Shown: positions 9,396 to 21,258, counted from the first letter of the stretch. The stretch: 32,000 nucleotides of DNA from Corynebacterium glutamicum ATCC 13032 (GCF_000011325.1 NC_003450.3:1260001-1292000); one strand, 5' to 3'. Notes: generated from the letters alone by a model not told the origin. Translations and numbers: made by a program.

Positions 9396-10046
9396 GTGAG
9401 CAGAATCTATGACTGTGCCGACCAAGACTCCCGTGCAGCAGGCCTAAAGGCGGCTGTCGATGCAGTCAAAGCCGGTCAGCTCGTTGTCCTTCCCACGGAT
9501 ACCCTTTATGGACTCGGCTGCGACGCTTTCAACAACGAGGCAGTAGCCAACCTTCTGGCCACCAAACACCGTGGCCCCGATATGCCCGTTCCAGTGCTCG
9601 TCGGCAGCTGGGACACCATTCAAGGACTTGTGCACTCCTATTCTGCGCAGGCAAAAGCGCTTGTGGAGGCGTTCTGGCCTGGTGGACTGTCCATCATCGT
9701 TCCGCAGGCACCAAGCCTTCCGTGGAACCTTGGCGATACCCGTGGCACCGTAATGCTGCGCATGCCACTGCACCCAGTTGCCATTGAATTGCTGCGCCAA
9801 ACCGGACCAATGGCTGTCTCCTCCGCCAACATCTCCGGACATACTCCTCCAACCACCGTGCTGGAGGCTCGTCAGCAGCTCAACCAAAATGTCGCTGTCT
9901 ACCTCGATGGTGGCGAATGCGCGCTGGCCACCCCTTCAACCATCGTGGATATTTCAGGCCCCGCACCAAAGATTTTGCGTGAGGGTGCCATCAGCGCAGA
10001 ACGCGTTGGCGAAGTACTTGGAGTGTCGGCAGAAAGCCTGCGCTAA
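9396..10046 (+). CDS. tsaC: L-threonylcarbamoyladenylate synthase, YrdC/TsaC-type (t6A tRNA modification)
   Basis: Tracked ORF 9204..10046 overlaps prmC. GTG 9396 is preceded by aggaga (9384..9389). The product VSRIYDC...LVVLPTDTLYGLGCDAF...SANISG...STIVDISG is a YrdC-domain protein of 216 aa with no Sua5 C-terminal domain. Confidence 0.88.
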   Translation: MSRIYDCADQDSRAAGLKAAVDAVKAGQLVVLPTDTLYGLGCDAFNNEAVANLLATKHRGPDMPVPVLVGSWDTIQGLVHSYSAQAKALVEAFWPGGLSIIVPQAPSLPWNLGDTRGTVMLRMPLHPVAIELLRQTGPMAVSSANISGHTPPTTVLEARQQLNQNVAVYLDGGECALATPSTIVDISGPAPKILREGAISAERVGEVLGVSAESLR

Positions 10047-11195
10047 ATGGGAGTCGGTTTCGCGGGAATCCCGCTGCGCGAATTGGGATTGGTTATCCTC
10101 GTTGCAGCGGCCATCACGTATCTCAGCACGGGCATCATCCGCACCGTCATGGTGAAAAGTGGTCGCCTCAATGAGATTCGTGAACGAGACGTCCATGTCA
10201 TCCCCAAACCACGGCTTGGTGGCGTGGCGATGTTCAGTGGATTTCTCGGCGCAGTATTCCTTGCGGACCAGCTTCCCGCCTTGACTCGCGGGTTCATGCC
10301 CATCACCCCGGAGATGAATGCCGTCATTTGGGCAGGCTTTGTCATCGTGGTGGTGGGCGCACTGGATGACCTTTTTGATCTTGATGCCATCACTAAATTG
10401 GTGGGTCAAGTAATTGGTGCGGTGACTATGAGTTTGCTTGGTCTCACGTGGTCCATCCTCTATGTTCCCTTCGGTGGGGGCACCACATTGCTTCTCGACC
10501 AAGTCCAGTCAACAATCTTGACATCCCTGTTCACCGTGGCGTTGATTAATGCTCTGAACTTCGTTGACGGTCTTGACGGCTTGAGTGCCGGCGTAGGAAT
10601 GATCGCGGGTGCAGCCATCCTGCTGTTCTCCCTGACGATTCTCTTCGACCAAAACGGCGCCGTATCGGCCTATCCGCCGGCCATCATCGCAGCGGCTCTC
10701 GTAGGAATTTGCGCGGGAGTTTTGCCCCATAATTTTGAACCCTCGCGAATATTTATGGGCGATTCCGGCTCCATGCTCATCGGCCTGCTGTTGGCTGCAG
10801 CATCGACCTCAGCGTCAGGAAAAATCAACATGAGCCTGTATGGCGCAGCTGATTTTATCGCATTGATCTCACCCATCATCGTTGTTCTCGCCGCCGTGGC
10901 CATCCCACTGCTCGACCTCGTGATGGCAGTGGTTAGGCGCGTGGGCAGGGGAGCATCACCCTTTTCCCCGGACAAAATGCATCTGCACCACCGACTGCTG
11001 TCCATCGGACACACCCATAGGCGCGTGGTCCTAGTGCTCTACACCTGGGCGAGCGCCGTGGCATTCGGCGCAGTGAGCTTCTCCGTCGTTCCGCCACTGT
11101 TTGCCACCGGATCGAGCATCTGTGGCATCCTCATCGCCGTCGCTGTCACAGCCGTGCCAGTGATGAAAAGCCGGCGAGCCGCCAAACTTGATTAA
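10047..11195 (+). CDS. wecA: UDP-GlcNAc:undecaprenyl/decaprenyl-phosphate GlcNAc-1-phosphate transferase (WecA/Rfe, MraY-like GT4 family)
   Basis: 382 aa polytopic membrane protein. Motifs: GALDDLFDLDA, NALNFVDGLDGL and MGDSGSMLIG. The ATG directly abuts the tsaC TAA. Confidence 0.9.
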   Translation: MGVGFAGIPLRELGLVILVAAAITYLSTGIIRTVMVKSGRLNEIRERDVHVIPKPRLGGVAMFSGFLGAVFLADQLPALTRGFMPITPEMNAVIWAGFVIVVVGALDDLFDLDAITKLVGQVIGAVTMSLLGLTWSILYVPFGGGTTLLLDQVQSTILTSLFTVALINALNFVDGLDGLSAGVGMIAGAAILLFSLTILFDQNGAVSAYPPAIIAAALVGICAGVLPHNFEPSRIFMGDSGSMLIGLLLAAASTSASGKINMSLYGAADFIALISPIIVVLAAVAIPLLDLVMAVVRRVGRGASPFSPDKMHLHHRLLSIGHTHRRVVLVLYTWASAVAFGAVSFSVVPPLFATGSSICGILIAVAVTAVPVMKSRRAAKLD

Positions 11196-11251
11196 GTGAT
11201 TGTCACTTTGGATTGTCATATTGGGCGAATAAACCGGTAGGATTCCCCTTC

Positions 11252-11701
11252 GTGAGCGCCGAAAATACCGAGAACACAGATTCCCCATTTGAAATCTCCG
11301 AGTTTGATGATCACCGACGCCCCCTCCAGCGGGCCCTCAAATTCGGTTCCATCGCCCTAATTGTCTTCACCCTGATCTCCCTAGCGATCTGGGGTGCTAC
11401 TCGCGGCGTACCCGGCGTATGGGGAGTTGTTATCGGCGCAGCAGTTGGCGGAGGCTTTGTCCTCTTAACGGCTCTCAGCGTCCTGTTTACAGCTAATTCC
11501 AACGTCACCACCACCGGTGCGGTGGTGCTCGGTGGCTGGCTGCTGAAGATCGTTATTCTGATCATCGTGCTTGCAGTCATCAAAGACATGACCTTCTACG
11601 ACAACACCGCCCTTTTTGTCACAGTGGTGATTGCCTTAGTAGTTGTCCTGCTGACTGAAGTCTGGGGAGTCGTGACCTCTAGGGTTACATACGTCGGATA
11701 A
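11252..11701 (+). CDS. Small 4-TM membrane protein upstream of atpB, AtpI-like (position equivalent to mycobacterial Rv1303, from memory)
   Basis: Tracked ORF 11213..11701 starts at TTG. I prefer the in-frame GTG at 11252 (ggtagga upstream). Hydrophobic segments: IALIVFTLISLAIWG, VWGVVIGAAVGGGFVLLTALSVLF, AVVLGGWLLKIVILIIVLAVI and LFVTVVIALVVVLLTEVWGVV. The function is assigned by position and topology only. Confidence 0.65.
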   Translation: MSAENTENTDSPFEISEFDDHRRPLQRALKFGSIALIVFTLISLAIWGATRGVPGVWGVVIGAAVGGGFVLLTALSVLFTANSNVTTTGAVVLGGWLLKIVILIIVLAVIKDMTFYDNTALFVTVVIALVVVLLTEVWGVVTSRVTYVG

Positions 11702-11716
11702 GCAATCGGTCATTTC

Positions 11717-11760
11717 AACGCCCCCACACCCCTTGAAACAGGGGAGTGGGGGCGTTTTAA
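11717..11760 (+). terminator. Intrinsic terminator after the AtpI-like gene
   Basis: aacgcccccacacccc (11717..11732) pairs with ggggagtgggggcgtt (11741..11756) at 15/16 positions. The loop is ttgaaaca and the stem is followed by tttt. Confidence 0.75.
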
Positions 11761-12145
11761 TACCTGCCCCCGCTACCCATTGTTGACTAGGTGAGTGGGC
11801 TTAGGTGTCTCAGAGCACAGTAGTCGGACATTAGAGAGCTGCACCGCAGTAAAAGGCCACGATGTAGGAGGTGGGCGGAGTGTCCGTGCTGGGAAACTGG
11901 CGGGGAACTTTTAGAGATAACCCTCCGAATTGCTGGCAAATTTCTGATGAAATTTCTCCGCGAAGCCCACATGAACTACCCCCGTTTACCCTCAAAATAA
12001 GCCCTGTGACACACATAACACCCCCTAATCGTACCCGCTCACACGCTATTTTCGAGGTGTGGTTCGCCTTCGGAAACGAATGCCCCCGCCCCACTTGGAT
12101 AAAAGACGAATTCACCTGTTAGTCTATAACGCGGGTTGAACCGAG

Positions 12146-12185
12146 AAACCCCTCAAGGCAGCAGACAATAGCCGCAAGGGGTTTT
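12146..12185 (+). terminator. Terminator-like or 5'-UTR hairpin ~155 nt upstream of atpB
   Basis: aaacccct (12146..12153) pairs with aggggttt (12177..12184), and ggc (12157..12159) pairs with gcc (12171..12173). The stem is followed by a T-run. It could end an upstream transcript, attenuate, or be a 5' stabilising stem of the atp mRNA. Confidence 0.3.
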
Positions 12186-12339
12186 GCGGAGCACGTCCCC
12201 TGTGATCGTTGCGCTGATGTGCGACGGAGTCCGTAGCGATTACAGCGAGTTTTTCAGACGTCCATCGCACCGTGCACAACAACATTTCAGGTGCACGGCC
12301 CGAACACGGGAGAGAACGCTGAGCGTTACAACACTGTCC

Positions 12340-13152
12340 ATGAAGGGCGAATTCCACGCCCCCGATTTGGACAAAGAATTTTTCCCGGGGCACGTAACCG
12401 ATAGTGGTGAAGTCGTGAACATGCTGTTCACCGATTTCGCTAATGGTTGGTTCGCAATGGACCGCATCGTATTGATCCGTCTTCTTATGACGGCAGTCGT
12501 TGTGGTCTTCTTCCTTTGGGCTATGCGCAAGCCAAAGCTTGTTCCGCATGGCGTCCAGAATTTTGCAGAGTACGCACTCGATTTCGTTCGTATTCACATC
12601 GCTGAAGACATCCTCGGAAAGAAGGAAGGTCGTCGGTTCCTGCCGATCCTGGCCACCATCTTCTTCGCGGCTCTGTTGATGAACCTTGCAACGATCATCC
12701 CGGGACTAAACATCTCCTCCAACTCACGTATTGCATTCCCAATCGTGATGGCGGTAGCTGGTTACATCGCGTTTATCTACGCAGGCTCTAAGCGTTACGG
12801 ATTCTTCAAATATGTGAAGTCTTCTGTTGTGATTCCGAACATTCCACCAGCACTTCACGTCTTGGTGGTTCCAATTGAGTTCTTCTCTACATTCATCTTG
12901 AGGCCAGTCACCCTGGCACTGCGTTTGATGGCCAACTTCCTTGCTGGCCACATCATCCTGGTTCTGCTTTTCTCCGCAACGAACTTCTTCTTCTTCCAGT
13001 TCAACGGATGGACAGCAATGTCCGGCGTAACCATCTTGATGGCAGTACTCTTCACGGTTTACGAGATCATTGTTATCTTCCTGCAGGCATACATCTTCGC
13101 TCTGCTGGTCGCTGTATACATTGAGCTTTCACTTCACGCGGATTCTCACTAG
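12340..13152 (+). CDS. atpB: F0F1 ATP synthase subunit a
   Basis: The tracked ORF 12184..13152 has a non-membrane, Arg/Cys-rich leader. ATG 12340 (MKGEFHAPDL...) gives 270 aa. Contains the essential-Arg helix LALRLMANFLAGH and multiple TM helices. Confidence 0.9.
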   Translation: MKGEFHAPDLDKEFFPGHVTDSGEVVNMLFTDFANGWFAMDRIVLIRLLMTAVVVVFFLWAMRKPKLVPHGVQNFAEYALDFVRIHIAEDILGKKEGRRFLPILATIFFAALLMNLATIIPGLNISSNSRIAFPIVMAVAGYIAFIYAGSKRYGFFKYVKSSVVIPNIPPALHVLVVPIEFFSTFILRPVTLALRLMANFLAGHIILVLLFSATNFFFFQFNGWTAMSGVTILMAVLFTVYEIIVIFLQAYIFALLVAVYIELSLHADSH

Positions 13153-13237
13153 ATGAAAAAGGTCGCTATTAAAAGCTTCTTGCACAAGTCGCCCAGATAG
13201 CGAGCGGACCACTCGGTCAACTGAATAACCCCACTAA

Positions 13238-13528
<291 letters not shown>

Positions 13529-13558
13529 TCAGCTAACTTAACCGAAAGCTGGTAAACC

Positions 13559-14125
13559 ATGGCGAATTCGATTTACAATTTGGCGCAAGCAGATGCGCTG
13601 CCTTTGGAGAGCGGAAACTCAATTCTGTTCCCTCCTCTGTATGACATCGTCTGGTCCCTCATCCCGTTTTTGATCATCCTGATCGTATTTTGGAAGCTTG
13701 TTCTTCCGAAGTTCCAGGAGGTCCTGACCGAGCGTGAGGACCGGATCAAGGGAGGCATTCAGCGTGCCGAAGCCGCTCAGGCTGAGGCCAAGGCTGCCCT
13801 TGAAAAGTACAACGCACAGCTCGCTGAGGCCCGTACTGAAGCTGCTGAGATCCGTGAGCAGGCGCGCGAGCGCGGCAAGCAGATCGAAGCAGAACTGAAG
13901 GACAAGGCTAACGAAGAGAGCAACCGCATCATCGAGTCCGGTAGCAAGCAGCTTCTGGCACAGCGCGAGCAGGTCGTTAACGAACTGCGCCGCGAAATGG
14001 GCCAGAACTCCATCAACCTTGCCGAGCACCTTCTTGGAGATCAGCTCTCCGATAACGTGAAGCGCTCTGGCACGATTGATCGCTTCCTCGCTGACCTCGA
14101 TACCGTGGCACCGAACGGAAAGTAG
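13559..14125 (+). CDS. atpF: F0F1 ATP synthase subunit b
   Basis: 188 aa with one N-terminal TM helix ([19 protein letters not shown]), followed by a long charged coiled coil ([35 protein letters not shown]...). Confidence 0.92.
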
Positions 14126-14130
14126 GCGAC

Positions 14131-14946
14131 ATGCACGCAGCAAGCCGCGAGGCACTGGCAAAGGTTTCGTCCGATCTGGACGCTGCTCTAGCAGCAGACA
14201 ACACCATGGCAGTTGCCGCCCAGGCTGGAACTGAGCTTTTCGACGTCGTCGACATTCTCGACGGCGACCGAGCTCTGCGTGTTGCTGTTGCCGACTCTTC
14301 TAAGGACGCACACAGCCGAGTCGGCCTCATTGAGGCTGTCTTCGGTGGAAAAGTGAGCCCATCTGTTCTCGAAGTCCTCAAGGACGCCGCAGAGCAGACC
14401 TGGTCCACTCCACGCGAGTTCCGCGCTGGACTAGTCCAACTTGGCCGTCGCGCCCTTCTTCGCTCTGCGGAGAAACAGGGTCAGCTTGGTCAGGTGGAAG
14501 ATGAACTGTTCCGACTCAGCCGAATCCTGGATCGCGAAAGCAAGCTGACTCAGCTTCTTTCAGATCGCACTCAGGAAATTGGCGGTCGACGTGACCTCCT
14601 GGCTAAGGTGCTCTACGGCAAGGTAACTGCTGTTACCGAAGCCCTCGCACTGCAGGCTATTGGTCGCCCTGAGCACAACCCAATTGACGATATCGCAGCT
14701 TTGGCTGGCGCTGTAGCAGAGCTACAGGGTCGTTCCGTTGCACATGTCGTTACCGCAGTTGAACTCAACGAGGGACAGCAACAAGCGCTAGCTGAAAAGC
14801 TGGGACGTATTTATGGTCGTGCGATGAGCATCCACTCCGAGGTTGATACCAGCCTCCTCGGTGGAATGATCATCCGCGTCGGAGACGAAGTAATTGACGG
14901 CAGCACCTCGGGCAAACTCGAGCGTCTGCGGGCAAGCTTCGCATAA
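14131..14946 (+). CDS. atpH: F0F1 ATP synthase subunit delta (OSCP), extended 271-aa form
   Basis: The OSCP C-terminal signature SLLGGMIIRVGDEVIDGSTSGKLERL is present, and the gene sits between atpF and atpA. It is ~90 aa longer than the ~180-aa delta I recall for E. coli. Confidence 0.92.
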   Translation: MHAASREALAKVSSDLDAALAADNTMAVAAQAGTELFDVVDILDGDRALRVAVADSSKDAHSRVGLIEAVFGGKVSPSVLEVLKDAAEQTWSTPREFRAGLVQLGRRALLRSAEKQGQLGQVEDELFRLSRILDRESKLTQLLSDRTQEIGGRRDLLAKVLYGKVTAVTEALALQAIGRPEHNPIDDIAALAGAVAELQGRSVAHVVTAVELNEGQQQALAEKLGRIYGRAMSIHSEVDTSLLGGMIIRVGDEVIDGSTSGKLERLRASFA

Positions 14947-15007
14947 AGACACGACGAATTAGACAACATTAGTAATGCTGGAAGAAACAACCGAGAGCAG
15001 GAAGAAC

Positions 15008-16651
15008 ATGGCGGAGCTGACGATCTCCTCCGATGAGATCCGTAGCGCGATTGCGAACTACACCTCGAGCTACTCCGCGGAGGCCTCCCGTGAGGAGGTC
15101 GGCGTGGTTATTTCGGCCGCTGACGGTATCGCCCAGGTTTCGGGCCTCCCGTCAGTAATGGCGAATGAGCTCCTCGAATTCCCGGGCGGCGTCATCGGCG
15201 TCGCACAGAACCTTGAAGCTGACCGAGTCGGCGTCGTGGTCCTGGGTAACTACGAGCTACTTAAAGAAGGCGACCAAGTTCGTCGTACTGGAGACGTTCT
15301 GTCTATCCCAGTCGGCGAGGCATTCCTTGGCCGCGTTATCAACCCCCTTGGCCAGCCAATTGACGGCCTGGGCGAAATTGCATCCGAAGAGGACCGCGTC
15401 CTCGAGCTTCAGGCACCAACCGTGCTTGAGCGCCAGCCTGTCGAGGAGCCTTTGGCAACCGGCATCAAGGCTATCGATGCAATGACCCCAATCGGCCGCG
15501 GTCAGCGTCAGCTGATCATTGGTGACCGTAAGACTGGCAAGACCGCAGTCTGTGTCGATACCATCCTTAACCAGAAGGCCAACTGGGAGACCGGCGACAA
15601 GACCAAGCAGGTTCGCTGCATCTACGTCGCAATCGGTCAGAAGGGCTCCACCATTGCAGCCCTGCGTAAGACCCTCGAGGAGCAGGGCGCTCTCGAGTAC
15701 ACCACCATCGTGGCTGCACCCGCTTCCGATGCTGCAGGCTTCAAGTGGCTTGCACCATTCGCTGGCGCTGCTCTCGCCCAGCACTGGATGTACCAGGGCA
15801 ACCACGTCCTGGTCATCTACGATGATCTGACCAAGCAGGCTGAGGCATACCGTGCTATCTCCCTGCTGCTGCGTCGCCCACCGGGCCGCGAAGCATACCC
15901 AGGTGACGTCTTCTACCTGCACTCCCGTCTGCTGGAGCGCGCTGCGAAGCTGTCCGATGAACTAGGCGCAGGTTCTATTACAGCACTGCCAATCATTGAG
16001 ACCAAGGCTAATGACGTTTCCGCCTTCATTCCTACCAACGTGATTTCCATCACCGACGGTCAGGTATTCCTTGAGTCCGACCTGTTCAACCGTGGCGTTC
16101 GCCCGGCGATCAACGTCGGTGTATCCGTCTCCCGTGTCGGTGGCGCAGCTCAGACCAAGGGTATGAAGAAGGTTGCCGGTTCTCTCCGTCTGGATCTGGC
16201 TGCATTCCGCGACCTGGAAGCATTCGCTACCTTCGCATCTGACTTGGATGCTGCATCCAAGTCTCAGCTTGAGCGTGGCCAGCGCCTCGTTCAGCTGTTG
16301 ATTCAGTCTGAGAACGCACCTCAGGCTGTTGAGTACCAGATCATTTCTCTCTGGCTTGCAGGCGAAGGCGCATTCGACAACGTTCCTGTTGAAGATGTTC
16401 GTCGCTTCGAGTCCGAACTGCACGAGTACTTAGGCTCCAACGCTGCACAGGTCTACGAGCAGATCGCTGGTGGAGCTCAGCTTTCCGACGAGTCCAAGGA
16501 AACCTTGCTCAAGGCAACCGAAGATTTCAAGAGCGCTTTCCAGACCACCGATGGCACCCCTGTCATCAACGAGCCTGAGGTTGAAGCACTCGATGCAGGC
16601 CAGGTCAAGAAAGACCAGCTCACCGTTTCCCGCAAGGTCAGCAAGAAGTAA
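15008..16651 (+). CDS. atpA: F0F1 ATP synthase subunit alpha
   Basis: Tracked ORF 14975..16651. ATG 15008 ([15 protein letters not shown]...) is preceded by aggaag. Contains Walker A GDRKTGKT and the conserved block [41 protein letters not shown]. Confidence 0.96.
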
Positions 16652-16707
16652 GGCAGCGAGCCTACACTAAATGACTGTCCAAGCAACTGAAGGGAGGCGT
16701 GTGAACC

Positions 16708-19139
<2,432 letters not shown>

Positions 19140-19150
19140 GGTAGAGACAC

Positions 19151-19525
19151 ATGGCTGAAATCACCGTTGAACTGGTGTCTGTAGAGCGCATGCTGTGGGC
19201 CGGCCAGGCCTCCATCGTGACTGCACAGACCACCGAGGGTGAGATCGGCGTGCTGCCCGATCACGAGCCTCTTCTCGGCCAATTGGTTGAGAACGGTGTC
19301 GTGACCATCCAGCCGATCGACGGCGAAAAGCTTATCGCCGGCGTTTCGGATGGATTCCTCTCCGTATCTAAGGAAAAGGTGACGATCCTCGCGGACTTCG
19401 CCGTCTGGGCGAATGAGGTTGATACCGCATCCGCCGAGGCTGACCTTAATTCGGACGACGAGCTGGCCAAGGCACACGCCGAGGCTGGGCTGCGCGCGGT
19501 CCGCCGCAGCAGCGAAGGTCTCTAA
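19151..19525 (+). CDS. atpC: F0F1 ATP synthase subunit epsilon
   Basis: 124 aa, last gene of the atp cluster. Has the N-terminal beta-sandwich pattern ([37 protein letters not shown]). Confidence 0.93.
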   Translation: MAEITVELVSVERMLWAGQASIVTAQTTEGEIGVLPDHEPLLGQLVENGVVTIQPIDGEKLIAGVSDGFLSVSKEKVTILADFAVWANEVDTASAEADLNSDDELAKAHAEAGLRAVRRSSEGL

Positions 19526-19547
19526 ACCTCCGTTTAGCTGAAGTAGT

Positions 19548-19588
19548 AAAACCCGCTGATATTTCTAAATGAAGTATCAGCGGGTTTT
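19548..19588 (+). terminator. Intrinsic terminator of the atp operon
   Basis: aaaacccgctgata (19548..19561) and tatcagcgggtttt (19575..19588) form a 10-bp GC-containing core stem with a 13-nt loop. An A-run lies on the left and a T-run on the right. Confidence 0.75.
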
Positions 19589-19769
19589 GGTATTTCTGGG
19601 TGTCGCATTAGCCCCGCTGTGGGGGTGATTTATTGGGAGTACCTAGGGTCCTGACAACCTATGATCCTTGACCTCGGCAGGATCAACGACGGCGGTTTCG
19701 CGCCAGGCGACATTGTGAGTAGGATCGTCTAAAATCGTTTTCTTATCGCAGGAAGGACTCAAAAAGGCC

Positions 19770-20243
19770 GTGGAATATTTGACCTGGGGTTTGGTGATTG
19801 TTGCAGTGTCGGCAGTTCTTCTTGCTGCCTGGCGGTTTTTCACCTTACGTTCTCGGGGAACCACTGTGATTCTGCGTGAGTTGCCACAAAGCGGTGTGCA
19901 TGGCTGGCGCCATGGATCATTTCGCTACAACGGCAACGACTTGGAGTACTTCAAGCTGCGCTCTTTGTCTCCCATGGCTGACCTTATTTTGAACCGCCTT
20001 TCAGTAACTTTGCTTGATCGTAGAGATCCAGCTGCTGATGAGGCGGTTTTTATGTCTCAAGGCTTAAAAATTCTGCACATTAAATCCAAAAATGATCAGA
20101 TTGAATTAGCTTTGGACGCCCACGGGGAGATGGCGTTTACTGCCTGGTTGGAAGCAGCACCAGATGCGCGGGCGGAGCATTCATTGAATCCACGTGATTT
20201 CAACCGCTTTCGAGCCAGCAAAGACACCCGCAAAAACCGCTAA
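19770..20243 (+). CDS. Conserved actinobacterial membrane-anchored protein of unknown function (DUF2550-like; family recalled from memory)
   Basis: 157 aa with a GTG start and a single N-terminal TM helix ([21 protein letters not shown]). The remainder is soluble ([24 protein letters not shown]...). Sits immediately downstream of atpC. Confidence 0.7.
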   Translation: MEYLTWGLVIVAVSAVLLAAWRFFTLRSRGTTVILRELPQSGVHGWRHGSFRYNGNDLEYFKLRSLSPMADLILNRLSVTLLDRRDPAADEAVFMSQGLKILHIKSKNDQIELALDAHGEMAFTAWLEAAPDARAEHSLNPRDFNRFRASKDTRKNR

Positions 20244-20257
20244 GTAGACGTCATTGT

Positions 20258-20263
20258 TATGGT
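20258..20263 (+). promoter_or_regulatory. Candidate -10 box (tgtTATGGTgg) for a leaderless nucS transcript
   Basis: TATGGT with an upstream tg and a downstream gg resembles the corynebacterial extended -10 (TAnnnT). It lies 6 nt before the A of ATG 20270, and no SD sits at a usable distance. Confidence 0.3.
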
Positions 20264-20269
20264 GGGTGC

Positions 20270-20962
20270 ATGCGTTTAGTCATCGCCCGTTGCTCAGTTG
20301 ATTATGTTGGCCGTTTGGAAGCTCATCTTCCGTCCGCCGATCGCCTTTTGATGGTTAAGGCGGATGGTTCTGTATCCATCCATGCCGATGACCGTGCCTA
20401 TAAGCCACTGAACTGGATGACACCTCCATGTTCTTTAGTTGAAACTCCCATCACTGATGAAGATGGTGAAGCAACAGGGGAAAGCCTGTGGGTGGTGGAA
20501 AACAAAAAGGGCGAGCAGCTTCGAATTACTGTGGAAGAAATTCATTCGGAACAAAACTTCGATCTAGGCCAAGACCCAGGTTTGGTGAAAGACGGAGTGG
20601 AAGATCATCTCCAAGAGCTTCTTGCAGAGCACATCACTACGTTGGGTGATGGGTACACATTGATTCGTCGGGAGTATCCAACAGCTATTGGGCCTGTCGA
20701 TATTTTGTGTCGCAACTCTGACGGCGAGACTGTCGCTGTGGAGATCAAGCGTCGTGGTGGCATCGACGGCGTTGAGCAGTTGACCAGGTATTTGGAATTG
20801 CTCAACCGTGATGAATTGCTCAAGCCTGTTCATGGAGTGTTTGCAGCCCAGGAGATTAAGCCTCAGGCAAAGACTCTCGCGGAGGATCGTGGCATCAAGT
20901 GCGTGACGTTGGATTATCAAGCGCTTCGTGGCATTGAGTCCAATGAGCTGACATTGTTCTAA
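20270..20962 (+). CDS. nucS: Endonuclease NucS/EndoMS (non-canonical mismatch repair nuclease)
   Basis: 230 aa. The N-terminus is [16 protein letters not shown]...[17 protein letters not shown]. The C-terminal RecB-like nuclease core is [24 protein letters not shown]...QLTRYLELL. Confidence 0.93.
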   Translation: MRLVIARCSVDYVGRLEAHLPSADRLLMVKADGSVSIHADDRAYKPLNWMTPPCSLVETPITDEDGEATGESLWVVENKKGEQLRITVEEIHSEQNFDLGQDPGLVKDGVEDHLQELLAEHITTLGDGYTLIRREYPTAIGPVDILCRNSDGETVAVEIKRRGGIDGVEQLTRYLELLNRDELLKPVHGVFAAQEIKPQAKTLAEDRGIKCVTLDYQALRGIESNELTLF

Positions 20963-20966
20963 GAAC

Positions 20967-21254
20967 ATGGGCCGAAAAAATAGAAGAACCAATATTCAGC
21001 CAGCTAGGGACCTGCCGGTCGATGGTACCTCCTATTGGGGAACTCAAACTCAGGAGGGCCCTAGCTGGACGTTTGGTGAGCCGTATTTGGTGAGACAGAT
21101 TGGTTCATCGGCGGCGAAGAAGTTTTATATTTGCCCCGGATGTAACCAGAACATTCCGCCGGGTGTAGCTCATATCGTGGCGTGGCCGAAGGAAGCCGGC
21201 GGGCGCGCTGATGATCGCCGACACTGGCACAAACCTTGCTGGGAGCGTCGATAA
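20967..21254 (+). CDS. Small conserved hypothetical protein with a CxxC...HxHxxC metal-binding pattern
   Basis: 95 aa, with the ATG 4 nt after the nucS stop. Contains YICPGCNQNIPPGVAHIV...RRHWHKPCWERR (Cys-Pro-Gly-Cys plus His/His/Cys). The N-terminus is basic (MGRKNRRTN). Confidence 0.65.
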   Translation: MGRKNRRTNIQPARDLPVDGTSYWGTQTQEGPSWTFGEPYLVRQIGSSAAKKFYICPGCNQNIPPGVAHIVAWPKEAGGRADDRRHWHKPCWERR

Positions 21255-21258
21255 GCAA

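Noticed and set aside
11871-12122. 83-aa ORF (and antisense 94-aa ORF 11831..12115) in the gap upstream of atpB; it might be called atpI by position.
   Set aside because: The product is Pro-rich, has no hydrophobic helices and uses several rare codons (ATA x3, AGA, CGA, CTA). The 4-TM protein at 11252..11701 is the better AtpI-like candidate. Left as non-coding pending transcript or Ribo-seq data.
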